A stretch of DNA of 64,000 nt from Magallana gigas (lineage: Eukaryota). The notes under the pieces are model-generated. The model did not search any database, had not been told where the DNA came from, and was given only the letters and a program-made list of their open reading frames with translations. Within the stretch, counting starts at the first letter, position 1. Every line of letters starts with the position of its first letter. This document shows positions 1 through 29,535 of the stretch, piece after piece. The stretch lies in contig NC_088858.1 in assembly GCF_963853765.1 (NCBI RefSeq), forward strand, positions 22,506,001-22,570,000, read 5' to 3'. The translations under genes were made by a program, and so were the position numbers.

Positions 1-1576
1 TCATTACAGAATGAAAGCATCATGATAATTGGTATCGATAAATACCACGAAAGACTGTCTTTCACTTATTCTTACCTTTACCGTCAAGGTATTTATATAA
101 ATACTGGTGAAAGAAACAAACATTTTTAACTCAAATCTACATGTAGCACATCATTCACACCAAACAAAAAGAAGAGAGCAAAAATTTATGAATGGAATAT
201 GAATGATTAATGTATTAATTATTTCTTGCTGGTTTACTATTAGTTTAAAAATAAATACCTCTTGTGTTACAGATGTTTTAAGTAAATTAAGAAAAGTCTC
301 AGTTTCAAAACTGGTTTCATTTCATTCTGAAACAAATTAGTTTATTCAAATAGATCAATATGTATCAATACTATGTTATTTTTTTCTATCACTTTTGGCA
401 TTGAATTCCTTCCTTTCATTAATGATTTCTTCAGCAGCACTAGACAAATTTATCAAATTTGTCAGGGTAGGCCAAAAACAGGAAACAAAGGAAAGAGAGA
501 AATAATAAATACACCAATGGACACTGATGAAAAAGAGAAGGCGAAAACTTTGAATTCATTAATATTAAACTGGACTTGTTTCATAATAGAATTGCCAAGT
601 TCTATAGTAATACAGTGAAAAATAATGTGTATTTTCTGGGGTTTCATAGTCAGGTTCATATTGACGAGACAATTATTTTATAATATCATATAAATAAGGT
701 TCGTATACTAAGTCCAAAATCTAGATAACCATTTATGTTAAATAGATGTTTTATTACATACTGTATGAAAAAAAATTTCTGTAGTAAAATTTACAATGAT
801 AATTTGAATTCTGGATAACTTTAAAACAGATAATGGTTTCTTTCCAAAATTATTCAAATATTCTTCCAAAAATGATCAAGTTACAAAAGTTTAAATGTTG
901 TCTATCACCTCAAACCCTGATCTAAATGTATATGTATAGCATGGAATTCAAAGCTAAGAGATATCAAATCATTATAATGCAAACAAAAAAAATTAAAATC
1001 TTACAAGCTGAGACTTTGAAGTACTAATGAAAAATAAAGGGGGAAAAAATTGGCGGGTTGACATAATTAGGGCAAAATATAAACACATAATAAAAAAAAT
1101 ATACAAAACTTGAACAAAATTGAAGATCAACTTCAAAACTAAAAAACTTTTTTTTCAATAAAAAAGGATACCAAATACATGTACTAACTGACACTTCTAA
1201 CTGACACTTTATGTTGTCCAATCTCATCAACACTTGTTCTACTAACAAATCAGAAATTTAAATACACTACCATTAAAACAGCAATTCAATATCTTCAAAA
1301 CATACAGACATAAATCTCCTGGAAGAGTTATGAAGAAATTAAAAAAGTCCTTTACAATGAAAATTATCTTGCAGCTTTTTTAAATTGAATGAATTAAAAA
1401 CTACTTCCAAATATCTTTTATAAAAAGTATATTTTTTATAATGCCAAATCACATACATATCTATTAACTGAAAAAAATAATTAAACTTCAAAAGGTTGAA
1501 TTTAAGGTTTCAGCACTTATTATTAAGATGTAGGAATTGTCAATATATATATATACACTGTACATGGAGAGAAACA

Positions 1577-16557
<14,981 letters not shown>

Positions 16558-18675
16558 CTGTTGATCACGGTTTTATGATGCATTCCATACACAACCTGCA
16601 GTGTCATTAAAACATGAGTTAACACTTAATGTAAAACAATAATTAAAATGATGAACAATACGTTAATCATCTTATCTACCATAAGTGTTGACTTATACTC
16701 TGGTCTTGTAAGGCAATGGAAAAGGAAATATTTTTTTTGATACATATAACTGTAGCACAACAAAAATACAAAAAACAACTGCTAAATCATTAAGTAAATG
16801 CTTCTTACATAGACAACAAATCAGCAAACTCTTGTCCTCTCCTCCAACACCCCCCCCCCCCCCAAATTTCCCTACTTTAGAAATCATTTAGAACACAGTG
16901 AGCATTTCACATAATTTCTTATTGCAATACTACAGACATGCTAAATAAGCACTTACCAAGAAGACACTATATTCCTTGTTACTATATTTAAATATTTTTC
17001 GTGACTACATACTTTAGAATCTCAGCACAAGCTATCAAAAACCAGGCTCATGTCTAGAAGTACAACACTGATGACTACTTAGTGCACTGAGACACAGTGG
17101 AATAAAAAGTTGGCAGTTTCGTTCATTTTAAAAGCAAGGTTTTCCCCCCTTTATGCATGAGAAAGAAAAAAAAAAAAGAAGAAATAACCAGGTTGTATAC
17201 CAGGAAGTCCTACAGGAAACAATTGTACATCAGGTGTAAATCCTCTTAAAAAAACCTAATATTACTTCCTTGTCTGATCTCCAAGAGATAACAGATTTAC
17301 ATACATGTACTAACATGGGTAATTTTTGACCACTTGACAATCTTTAATCAGATAAACAACCTAGCTAGTCCAGAGCATATCTCAAAGATATCCATCATAA
17401 ACTTATGTCCTGTTTCATTTTAAAAGATTCCGGATAATAACCTTGTCAATGTAACACAAAATGAAAAGTCAATATTCCATAACTATGCAGTTTTTTGACA
17501 GATTTTCTTATAAGCATTATACAGAATTTCAACAATGCATCACTGAATGGAATATTAGTCGCACAGTTTACACTGTAAATACTTTTTGTTAACCTTAATA
17601 TGTCTATGAAGACATGAATTTTTACAAATGTCAAGAGACAAGTCACAACTTCTAATTTTAAACATGCTTGCATTATATACAGCTAGCATGTGTATCCTCT
17701 TTAGAATACCTGGTTTATTGTGGTCGGTACATTAAATGAAATGTGCAAATGGTTGAATGAAAATACTGTAACAGTGCATAATGATAGATCTATGTACACA
17801 AAAGCATACGAAATCATGATTGTAATAACTTCATACCCAAAGACAACTTTCAACTTTTAACTTTCTGAAAGCCATCTAATTGGGATATATATAATATATG
17901 TGTAAGCTTTCAATACATGATGATGTATATTTTGATGATGTTCATGAAATACCATATAGTTTAATCATTTGTTGATGCATTTTTTTTTCTACGTAATAAA
18001 AACAAATAATCAATTCATCTATACATGATCAGATGTTTGTAAACGGTAGATAGATTCAGAAATACCAATGCATACCTATTGACTAAACATGACATATTAT
18101 GATTGTGACTAATGATGCTACCAAGCCTTAAAGTATATACATTTTACCTACATGTACATGTAAGGGATTAACAGGGTGAGCTGCATAGCAATTCAATGAG
18201 GTAAAATCCCTACCTGTATACCAAATGTTCTTGAATAGACAATTTTTATAAACAAGAACTTGCATTGATCTTTTCACTCAAACCTACCATTATGTACAAT
18301 ATGCACCATAAATGAATAATGTAAGCTATATGTTACTAATAATTTGAGTACATAACAATTTGGAAAAAAAATAGAAAAAAAACCAACAATTTAAAAATCG
18401 GTGGAGATGAACGACCATAAGACTTTGTAGGCGAAAATATACACATCAAATGTGTCTTGTAGTGATGTTGAAAGGAAGAGAAACTAAAACAAAACCTACT
18501 CGTGACTTGTCTTCCAAATCTCCAACCAATCAGTTAAAATCTTGAACAAAGTTTTACACTGATATATGATAAATATTTTCATTCATGCTCAATATCAATA
18601 CTAATACTTGTGAATTTTTCTTCCTGGAATATGAGGCCATAATATTCCTCAAGTTTCACTGAACCTGTTGCTTAC

Positions 18676-18900
18676 CGTTGCGATTTAAATGACAAAAAAC
18701 CCTCCGTATCAATAGCACTATCATCCACATGAAAAAATATCAAAACTTTCTCCAATATCCCGTGAATACCGACACATATGGAAATATGCTAACACTTACT
18801 TTCTCTCTGTTTCATTGTAATAGCAGATCACAAACAGGAAGAGAGTCCGATGTCGGCCATGTAATTTGGCGACGCTGCTGCCATCTAGCAAGAGAGATAA
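18676..18900 (-). promoter_or_regulatory. Probable Csk first (non-coding) exon and promoter region
   Basis: Two strong minus-strand donors: |gtaagc after 18676 and |gtaagt after 18800. Local GC rise with YY1-like GCCAT motifs (18856-18862, 18880-18886). The next acceptor is at 16595, upstream of the ATG. The TSS is not located exactly. Confidence 0.5.
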
Positions 18901-19682
18901 CTCCCCTTCCTTTATACGGACAACGGGGAAGGGAAGGGGGGGGGGGAGCAGAAATCTTTCACGGAATATAACCATTTTCATTTTGTGTTTATTGATGTTG
19001 TTATTAATCAACCCTTTTTTTAAATTCATCCACATGTTTAAATGTATTTCAGAGAAAAATTAAATGAATAGGATTTCAAAGAGTCAAATAAATCTTGAAG
19101 AAATAACTGTTACTTCATCGGATTGAATTTCTATTATCCTTGTCACATTTGTTTTTTGTTTTTGTTTTTTTTTGGGGGGGGGGGGGGTTTAAGCAAATTG
19201 CAAAATATTTTGCATGTTCTTAAAATATTGTTTAACGTCCATTTCAACGTGGGAAAGTGTATATTCATGCACTTATCATGCTTATTATTGATCTAAGCGA
19301 AAGTACAACTTTAAATATCATAATGAATCAGACATATGTAATGAAAATAAATAGTATTTAACAAGACTTTATTTGTTGATATAATGCAGATATTGATGAT
19401 TGTTCATGGAAGCGTATAACTTTTACATTTTAGGTAAATGTATAATGACGTTCGGGGGTTATCCGAAAAAAAAAACAGAAAACAATAAAATATAAAATCA
19501 CAATTAATCTACATGTATTATTCATTCAAACTTTATCATTTATTTTGTCGTGAGTTTTCTATTATTCCAAAGGTTCGAATTCGGGGGTAAAAAAAAAAAC
19601 CAACATTTAATAATCCTTGTTACAAATCATGAAAAATGATATCTGATTACGTTGTAGACATTTATCTTAAAACAAAAACGTA

Positions 19683-19686
<4 letters not shown>

Positions 19687-19754
<68 letters not shown>
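19687..19754. repeat. (GA)n microsatellite
   Basis: Directly visible. Confidence 0.95.
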
Positions 19755-19755
<1 letters not shown>

Positions 19756-20175
19756 GTTTCATGTTAACATTTTTTATTCAGTTTATTTCATTCTCCACAT
19801 TGAAGTATTAAAATGCAATACACTTGTGTGACATTGTATAAATATTTGTTACAATACACATTACGACCAAAAAACAAATTATTGATAAAATATTCGTTGC
19901 ATAAAAATGTGGTTTGCATAAAAAATAAAAATCAAATATATAAATAAATTCAAGCACGAATTTTAAATGCATTGATATGAATAATCAATATTTTATCATT
20001 AACTTTTAAATTAATACATGCAATTGTATACTTTAAAATGATATCACATTATGATACATTGTATTTCAAAATGTATTACGAATATGGAATATGGTGATAA
20101 CAACATTACGAGCAACAAATTTAAATAAGAAAATTATTATTTACAAAGTATTTTAGTAAGACATATGACACATTG

Positions 20176-23100
20176 TTATAGTCTGTCATCCCAAGGAGGC
20201 CGCTCCGCTATAGGGACAGGTGGCTTCTCACGTTTGACTCCAGAGGCACCTTTCTGAAATATTGAAGTTGTACATTGAATTTGAATTTTATTTCCCCATA
20301 TATATACGTGTGCATTTTCTATTTCATGGTAATGTCAAAACGTCGTAAGTTATTAGTACATTAGGCTTGACAGCAGAGAGTAATGCGAACTTGACGAAAT
20401 TGACATTAAAACATTTCTTTCAAAATTTAAGTAGATAATTCTCTGATTTTGATATGATGGGGACCTATAGAACCATTTTAACAAGACCTTGGACTTTCAG
20501 TAGGGCGTAGCTATCTATTTCTTGCGTCAAAACAAGTTAAAAATGACGCGGTTTCAAGCGAAATATACACCGATTGCGTAGTCTTAGTTTAAAAGCCAGA
20601 CAAATCTTGTTGATTTCAAAGAGGCATTGCTGAGTGGCCAGCAATGAAATAGACAGGCCTACGTCATATTGTTGTTTGACACAACTACCCAAAGTCCAAG
20701 CTCTTGTTAAAATGGTTCTAAGAAGGAGAAACACCGACGTACTTTGGGGAAGTAAATGAAGATGTAGAGGTCTACGCACATGTATTATATTCTGTGATAA
20801 AATGAATGAAGATATATAATTAATATATATATTTAACGTTTTTGGACAAAGCATTGGCTTTTAGAATAACGTCGAATTTTCTCAAAATATATAGTTTCCC
20901 TCCATAGATTTACAAATCGCTGATTAATTAAGGTGCCAGGAAACCACAGGCATGTGACGTTATTATTTTTCTCGTAATGGAAAAATATACCCACTATAAT
21001 TAATAATATTTTTTCCTTCTTCTGTGTAATCAAAAAATGATTACACAGAGGAGTGGCCAAATTTTCCATGTAGGTGAAGGTTAGCAAAGATATAATAGAG
21101 CTCTAATACTTGAAAGTCGGAGGTACAAGTTCGTGAAGTCCGAGCTCTAATTGTAGATGTAGTTTTGATTGATTAAATAATTGATTTTATTGCTTCTTTT
21201 TGGATGAATAGAGAATAATAAATATTCATGAAAACGAGAAAAGTACAATGAGTGGTAAACACAATGAGCTGACCCACGGTCAGTAACCGTATGCGGCACT
21301 GACCGTAAGTTTCAGACCATGACGCAAAAGCAGCATCAAAAGTACATAAAGATATTAATGAACAATGTAAACATTATTTTAAATCATAGCTTTATTATAT
21401 CTGAATGAACGCGGATATTTATAATTATGTGAACGTAACATATGATCGCAGTTTTTTTTCAAAGTTACAGAAATGCGTATTTACGGACAGGTTGTAATTG
21501 GATAGGGTAGATTTCAGTCTTGTTAGTTTCTATATAAATTACGATCTACCTTCTTAAGAAATAAAAGAAGAAAACAAAAACGAAGTATATTTGAATACGA
21601 ACCAATAAAAACGGCGCGTTCCATGCTTTCATTAAATTTAGATATTACTGTGATATATACGAAGAAATGCATGGTCTCCTTCCCGGAAATTTTTACATGC
21701 ACGTGTTCAAGATAGTGGATGTGCAGTAAAAGGCTCTAGTGAAATAAACAATAACGTCAAAATATCCATATTAAACCAACCAAGTTGAACTCCTTATACA
21801 GCTACAGATATAGTAATAACCGAATGATTCCTATCATGTTTTTGACCTTATTGCATTTACCTTTCTGTTATCCGAAATAACACCGTTAAATAAATTACTA
21901 TTTAATTATGCCAAAGCATGCGTAAGGATCACGGTAATATACATGTATGGTAATTGATTTAGCAATCACACAGAACTACTCAGTATAGGATGTTTAGTGT
22001 TGTACATTGTAAAACATTTTCTTCGCAATGTATTAAACATATAAAGATTGAGAGCGATATGAATACGATGCATTGTCAAAAAATTAAAATGTCCCGTCAA
22101 CACATGCAGCTATCAAGTATTTATCGATATCACTCTCCGGTACAAATTTTATATTATTTTTGATAGAACATTTGTACCTCAGCCTGTGCAGCGCAAAACA
22201 TTTACAATCACTGCATTAAATCAACTGTTATAGAAAACACATTCAGGATCTTTTAAGAGCATTGTCCCTTTTAAATTCGATTTAAAATAACACATGGAAT
22301 TGTTAGTGAACTGTATATGTCATAGTAAAAAAATTAAATTAATACACCCGTCTCAAGACTTTTATGTTTGATCTACACAATATTTTTCTCCGTTCGAATT
22401 CGGGAGTAATTAATTGTAATTTTAGTAAGGTAAATCACTATCATTGATTTGGCTGAGATATTTTGAAGGTAAAAACGGGATTTGTGTACTCATTCTGCGC
22501 GTGTGCTGATAATGTGAGATATCGCAGTCATGTCGTGTCCTATCATCGCAAGCCCTGTCCCGCACAGACCAGATTACAGATGTCAGAGAGAAACAGTCGT
22601 AAATCTTTAAACGCTATATGTTATCTAACCCAATCTTTCGAAAATATTCATTCCTTGATAACAAACGATTTCTTGATAAAGATGTATCGCCAGATAAAAG
22701 AATAGAATTGAATCTTACAATTATAAAGCGACGACTGTTAAAATTTATTGCTGAGTGCTTTTGTAAATGAAACATGTGTCTCTAAAATATTTGTTTAAGG
22801 GCTCGTGGAAAGAGGGATTTAAATATTTGTCTTAGCGCTTGTACTGAATTAACTTCGAAAACTTATTAGGTGTAGTATTTACTTTGATATTCACTTAATC
22901 CGCTAACAAAATGGAAAAATAAGCTTCTGTGATCTAAATGATTCATTTACATTCGGTTTGTTTTTATTGTTTCCAAGAACTGTAAATATAAGTATTTACC
23001 AGTCGAAATCAATTCCCATCCAAAGCGCAAAGAAATCGTTTTTCAATTAACTTGCTACTCTGCTATATATTTTGTCAGTAGTATAAAAGACAAAATAAAA

Positions 23101-24044
23101 AAAATCTCTACCATCATTTCGTTTTTTTTATTACTTAGTACAACTTTAAAGAACTGTACAATCCTTCCCTTCTTCTCTTATGTGAGAAAATACAGAACAC
23201 AGTACATGTACATCAAATAATTGCGAGACAAGAACAACTACAGATGTTCCTAACTTTTTTTTCTATTTTAATAAAGATTTTGTTGAGGAATAATTAAACT
23301 AGCAAACATTTAAAGATAAAATAAGAATATTACCATGTCACAAATTATTATGAGATTACAATATACCTTGACTGAAGATCCAGGTTTATGAACACTCTTG
23401 CGGGAAACTCCGGATCCTAACCGGCTATCCTTCCTCCCGTATACATTCCCTGACATTGTCGCCCCTGGGATTCTCATACCTGGACGACCAGATGAAGGCA
23501 CCTGAGTTGCTCTTCTATTCAACTTAGCACTGTATATTGCAGAGGCTACACGTGGATTTTGTTCACTGTCTGTTTTTATCGGGGGCAAGGGTTCCTTCCT
23601 GGGCATATCCAACGTATCGCCTGTTGATGGCTGAGTCTCCTCGGCTGTAGCGGCACGACCATCTTTGTTTGATCCTGGTACCACTACGATCATTTGATTA
23701 AGAATTGCTTGATCTGCTGCACTCAGCACATGTCCCTCTTCGCGTCTCCGTAAAATTTCCTTCAGTTTTCGGTTGATGTTGTATGCTTCCTGCAACAAAA
23801 CATCGGTGTCCTCATCAGTTAAGTCAACGTTTTCAAGCATCGATGTTATTTCCTCTGGATTAGCTAAGTTAAAATTATACAGATGACTAGGTGGGGGACC
23901 ATTGCTTCTTGCAGACTCCTGCGCTGCCAATTCCTCCAGCGTTTTCTCAGTTGCGTTTGAATTTACCGAACATTCTGTCCCCTCCAGAACAATCCCAGAT
24001 TCCGGAGACAGACTTCTCAAATCGCCTGGTGGTGTTTCACTCAT
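20176..24044 (-). CDS. Uncharacterised ~251-aa hydrophilic protein, two coding exons (23367-24044, 20176-20253)
   Basis: 226-codon ORF ends AAG|gtatat in phase 0. A downstream exon ttcag|AAAGGT...CTA TAA encodes KGASGVKREKPPVPIAERPPWDDRL*. Protein-like composition with a predicted helix (DTDVLLQEAYNINRKLKEILRRREE). Additional small internal exons cannot be excluded. Confidence 0.8.
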
Positions 24045-24442
24045 TCTGAATCTATTAAAACGCGTCCATTATTGTTGTCAGACTTCAAAGCATTCGCATG
24101 AATATTTAAATCGCTAGTACTGTGCCAAATGCCAAGAGCGTCATTCGAAACGGAAGTTGACATTAAAATCAGACACACCTCAAGGATACTTGATTCGTGC
24201 AGAAGAGAATGATAAGAATTTAACAATGTGATAATATATTAAAATATACATTTAAAACCTTATTTTTTAACTTGTATTTTTTATATTTATATGCTCATCT
24301 TGAATGAATAAAGTGGTTTAATAGTATGTCCGAATATATTATGTATCACATGTCTAATTTCTTACAATAAATAGAGGAAATTCGAAACCATTTTAGCGTG
24401 GGTAGGAGGAGGATCCGCAGGTGTATCGTTATAGAAGCCAAA
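24045..24442. promoter_or_regulatory. Candidate bidirectional promoter
   Basis: Only 398 bp separate two divergent ATGs; ETS-type motif acggaagt at 24150-24157. Confidence 0.55.
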
Positions 24443-27400
24443 ATGGAGTTAAAAGGGACAATTGTCGTGTTGTTTGCATCCATATTGAGTGTTCCAATTG
24501 CATATGCCGTTAACTTAATACCCGGAATCACAGAGAAACCGGTGGCAATTTTTATAATTGGCCTGGCGTGTTTACTGCTAGCATTCCTCGTACCAGCTTT
24601 AGCTAAATATTTCAAGTTGGTACAGAATGACGATCCTCTGTACTATGGTAAGATAAAGGAATAAATAAGTGCCTTATGTGATTAACTATTTATATTATGA
24701 TTTGACGATATTTAATTTCTATTTATTTTTTTCTATTTCTACATAATGTATTTCTTTTATTTATTTTTTTTTTAGCTATGAGCATACTAACATTTGCCGC
24801 TGTTATTGATTTGACCATTGCCCTGGAGAATGATGGCTTTGTGCACAGTGTTATGGCATTTTATTTTGTAAGCGGTGAACCATACCTGAAGAGTGGCCAT
24901 GGTTCGGGCATCAACTATCATGACGGAATCATTCATTTTGCTTGCTACATCATCATTTTGCTTGCCATAGATAATAGGTTTGTTAAAATTTGCCTGATAC
25001 TGCTATTAATTTATCAACTGCTTGAAAAATCACAGGAATAATTTTATTTTTTGCTGCTTCAAGATGTAAAAATGCATTGTGCCGGTTGGGACCAATCACC
25101 CAAATTGATTATAATATAGCCAATTTAGGATATCGTATCAGTGCAAAAATTAGGAGTTTTTTATTCTGCATAAAATATTGTAAGTCCAAACACAACACAT
25201 GAAAACTCTTGGTTTTAAAGTTTTTCTGAAACCTTCCTGTTTGGGAGATTGATCACTTTATGTCTTATCAATCTAAAAAATTGAAGGTGTACAGAAAAAT
25301 ATACCTACCAAAATTTTTTTTATGAAATGTTTCATTATTCAGATTTATAACAAATATCACTCAATATTCTTCTTTTTTTGCACTGTAAATTTAAATCCCA
25401 TTTCAAAATGTGATATCATATCCCAAATTGACTAAAATAAATGATTTGGGTGAGTTTGATCCTAACCAGTTGCACTGGCTTGATAGCAGTACATGTTTGT
25501 GTAATTGTGATAGTGTATTACTGTGGCTTTTTTTTTTTAGATAAGAACATGTAAAAGGAAAAAATGATCATCTGAAACATACGTTCTTTTGATAAAAGAT
25601 AAATGTACATGTACAAAAGAATTTTTACCTTTGAAATGATTTTTTTTCTTTAAATCTTTAAAATTCTTGTGTTGAGATTTAATACTATTGATACCAAGTA
25701 TTCTGTTCCCACATGAAAATCTTAATTAATTATTTTTTTTGAGAAGTTTAATTACAATTTGTTCTCCAATTTTTTATTAGGAAGAGGGGTTGTCACTAAG
25801 GAATCCCATTCAAATACATACAATATATCTCTCTTTCTGACACAAGAAAAATATGTTGTGTTAATTATTTTATAGATCTATATCATGTGGCATTGTATAT
25901 TACAATGAATTTTCATTCGTAGGAAGGACTACCGAGAGGTTGGCTTGTTCTGGGGTGGTTCCATCATCAACAGTCTCATTGTGCTGATGGTGGGCGGAGC
26001 TGTAGGTAAGATCAAGATCAACTGATTTCCTTTCCCAGTTCTTTAAAGTTGCTGGAAGAAGGAAATTGTGTATGTGAGCTAATGCATCTTGATGAAAATA
26101 TATGTGTATATGAATACAGCATTTCATTTTGTTTATATAGTACAATGTATTTCATTTTGTATTCTCTAGAATAAACATCTTATATATATAAAAAGCATTT
26201 TTCAAATGTTTCAGGTAAACATGGAGCAAATTGGTCAATGCTGTTAAATGTGATTTACATGGTGGTCCCTCTTTGGATAACAAAGAAAGTACTGGATAAA
26301 CCATCCAACTTGAAGGTAAATTTAAGTTTTAACTACTCGGCTTTCTTCATGATTCAACAATTGATTTTTCTTTTCAATAATCACTAAATTTCTGCAGAAA
26401 TGACTTGATTTTGAAATATTGAGTTCTATGATTTGCAGCTTTGCAAGAGTTATCTATCTTTCATATGAAGTGGAATTGTTTTGTTTTTTTCTACAGGGAA
26501 ACTCTGGAAATGAAAGCATACTGAAAAGACCATTTGATATTGTCACCATTTTATTACTGCTGTCAACAATGTTCATCTATATCTTTAAAGGATTAGTAAG
26601 TATAACAGAATGGTTTCACATTTAATGCAGTGCAGTGATTTTATTTACAAATACAAATAATTTATTGGCTCAAACACATTTACAATAATTGGCAAAAGGC
26701 CCAATATATGCATAAACAGGTATTGTTTTTATTACATATCAGTATAAAAGATATATCATTATATTTCACATTCATGAGAGGAAAATAGTTCTAACAATTT
26801 AGCTAGTGCACTTTTTCTGTAACAAGATATCTGACATTTTTGGAATAGCCAGTACCTTATTGCAGTCTTGTTAATAACCATACGCGACATGAAAGATTAT
26901 TATAGCATTTACCAACTTATATGTGTTTAACTGTTATATAACATATATTTACAGGCAGCGCTTGGATGTAACTCAACTGTCACACTGAAATTAGTGAACA
27001 AATCTGAGCCATATCTTTCAGATCCAATAGCCTTCCCCAAAATTCAGGTTAGTTTGTTCATCTTTTTTTTGAAAGATCTATCAGAGTAACAAACGGTTCC
27101 TAAATTGTATATGATAACATCTGAAACTTTAATGCATCAAAATAAGTGTGAGGCATATTTGTAATATTACCTACCAAACTGATTATCCAAAAATTGTTCT
27201 CTCATTATCAACTGTTGTTCTTACTGCTAAAGTCTAGTTGTCAAACTAACACATTTTATGTCATCACATGAATATATTAGTATATACCGATATTTACGGG
27301 TGTTTTTTTTTTTCAATATTTTTTTAAATGTATCGTAAAAAAGATGCATTTCATGTTCTGCCCAGCATATACCTGTAATAAAAAGAGATTTTCCTTTTGT

Positions 27401-28134
27401 AGATGGTGACATATTTATTCTACTTTGTGCCTTTTTGTGCCTTTGCCAGCTATTCTTTGTTTAATGGGCCTGCTAAACAATGGTTTCTTGACTGGCTTAT
27501 TATCTATGCTGGAGCAACATTGAATGTAAGTTTTACTAAAAGTTTTTAAAAAATTAATGTTCAATTTTAAGTCATTTGATTTTGATCATTACTGCATATG
27601 GAGAGTATTAAAATTTAAAGTTTTTACCTAAAAATATAATGTATAGTATATGGTTTACTAATTACTATGGTAGTTTTATGTGTCTGAATATTTATCTGTA
27701 AATGTTGTAATTAAAACAGAAGGAAATGTACAAAGCCATCTATATAATAAAATCTGTATTTCTAGTACTTAAGTTCCCAAGTCATTAATCAGCCGTTAAT
27801 TTTTTGGTTAAAATTTGTTAATTGTTTAACTTAGGGCCAGATTCCATACATATTTGCTTCCCTCCATCACTTAACGGAAAAGAAATATCGTCTTCCAAAC
27901 ACTGCAGACGCAAAATGGTCGTTTTGGACTCAGAACCTCTACCTCCTCATTGTCCCCCAGCTGCTGCTCCTCTACTACTGCTGGACCAATTTAAAGGCCG
28001 GGAAGAAAGGCAGCAGTGGTAACAGCATCAACAGCCCCCTTAAGACACCGAGCAGAAAACCAAACAGCGGGGTTGCAAATTCTGCTGGCCGCTACAACTT
28101 AAGGAACCGAAACGTACCCAAAGATCTAGATTAG
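24443..28134 (+). CDS. TM6SF1: Transmembrane 6 superfamily member (TM6SF1/2-like, EXPERA domains), 401 aa, 8 exons
   Basis: Exons 24443-24647, 24776-24977, 25923-26005, 26215-26315, 26497-26595, 26955-27047, 27403-27525, 27835-28134; 1206 nt, all phases compatible. Motifs DPLYY, LENDG, GEPYL, YREVGLFWGGSII, KRPFD, EPYLSDPIAFPKIQ and PQLL match TM6SF1 as I recall it. TM6SF1 versus TM6SF2 orthology is not resolvable here. Confidence 0.9.
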
Positions 28135-29535
28135 TTATTGCTAGAATCAAAATAACAGACTAATGGATATATATTTTTAAAATGGCATATGTTTTATTGT
28201 AGTATTTGCTGAAAGCTTTTATATTTGAAAACCAATAAGCTGTTGATTTCATTTTTAGAATTTTTTAATGATTTGATTTTGACAAATTTTATAGCAAATC
28301 TTTTTTTTTTTGGTCATATATGATACTTTGTTTTTTGGGGTGTTTTTTTTTTTACACGTTCATTTCATTGGTATGAAAGCAAATGATTGACATAAGAATA
28401 AAACGTTCCATCTTGTTTGCTCAATTTTACACAGAAATTTTATTACTGATCATTCATAGACAATGTGATTGTGGATATTGTATTAATACATGTACTAAGT
28501 ACATGTACATTTCACAGAATTGGCTTTTTATAAATGATAAATTTACATCTAGTAACATGTATATTTTATCTTCTTGGAGTACAGTTTTTACACCCTAGTC
28601 CCATTGTCTGCTAACTGTAGTTGTATAACCTTATAATCACAGGCTTTGTTTTTAGTTTATGTAGTCAGTATAAAAGTAACAAAATAGTACTTTATAACCA
28701 AATTTGGTGTAAAGTTTTAAGAAATATATTATATCTGTAAATGTATTTACAAAGTTTGCTTTTACAAGTTAGGGAACACAATTCATTTAGTAAATTCAAA
28801 TTTTTAGTGATTTTTTTTTTCATGAAGTGGTGTTTAATATGAATATAAGAATTTTAAACATGAAACAGAAATATACCAGGGTATTATTTTGTAATATTGT
28901 ATCTTCATTTGAAGCAAAGTATGGGTGAATATTATAGTTGTGTTTACTTATAGTGTTCATTACAATATGTAATGTAGCTTTACCTCACAAATTTGTACAT
29001 ACATTATTTCATTAGAGCTTATATTAAATAGTAAAACTCGTACGAATACAGATCTAGTGATTTTTTTTTTGGGGGGGGGGGTCTCAAGAAATATTCTAAA
29101 ATTTCTATGTAGAAATAACAAATATAATACACTTTAATACAACTAATTAAACAAACTGTGTCATGTAGAGGTTAAGAACAACAAAAATTACATTACATGT
29201 GATTATATTTTGTAGTCTCAATGATAAATAACATTGAAAAAGACATTTTCCATAAAGATGTTTATTAAGGTTTCAGTGATTTCTGAATTACATGTATAGT
29301 ATACCAGTCAAAAGATGAATTGAAACAAAGAAAAACAAACTTCCTAGGCTTATTAAGATAGAAGTCACATATGCATGAAGATGGCTGAAAAGAACTATTT
29401 TTCCTCTCAAATATACAGATAAAAATGTCAAATGATCCGTTAGTACAGATACATGTAATGAGTTTGTATCCAGCTTTGACTGATCGTGGAACAGTGGATG
29501 AGATTTTGAGGTTAGATGGATAACTTAAAAATTAT

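Noticed and set aside
373-659. ORFs 373-618 (+) and 462-659 (-), and a ctgatga...gaaa hammerhead-like motif near 524-546
   Set aside because: The region lies in the probable Csk 3' UTR with no recognisable protein similarity, and no stem II can form between CTGATGA and GAAA.
19570-19590. ggttcgaattc B-box/T-loop-like motif (also near 22391)
   Set aside because: No A-box or cloverleaf; not a tRNA.
21660-21735. Possible 75-nt phase-0 cassette exon (SLLLHIHYLEHVHVKISGKETMHFF) in the uncharacterised gene
   Set aside because: The donor is weak (TTC|gtatat) and the composition is unlike the rest of the protein; it could easily be chance without RNA-seq.
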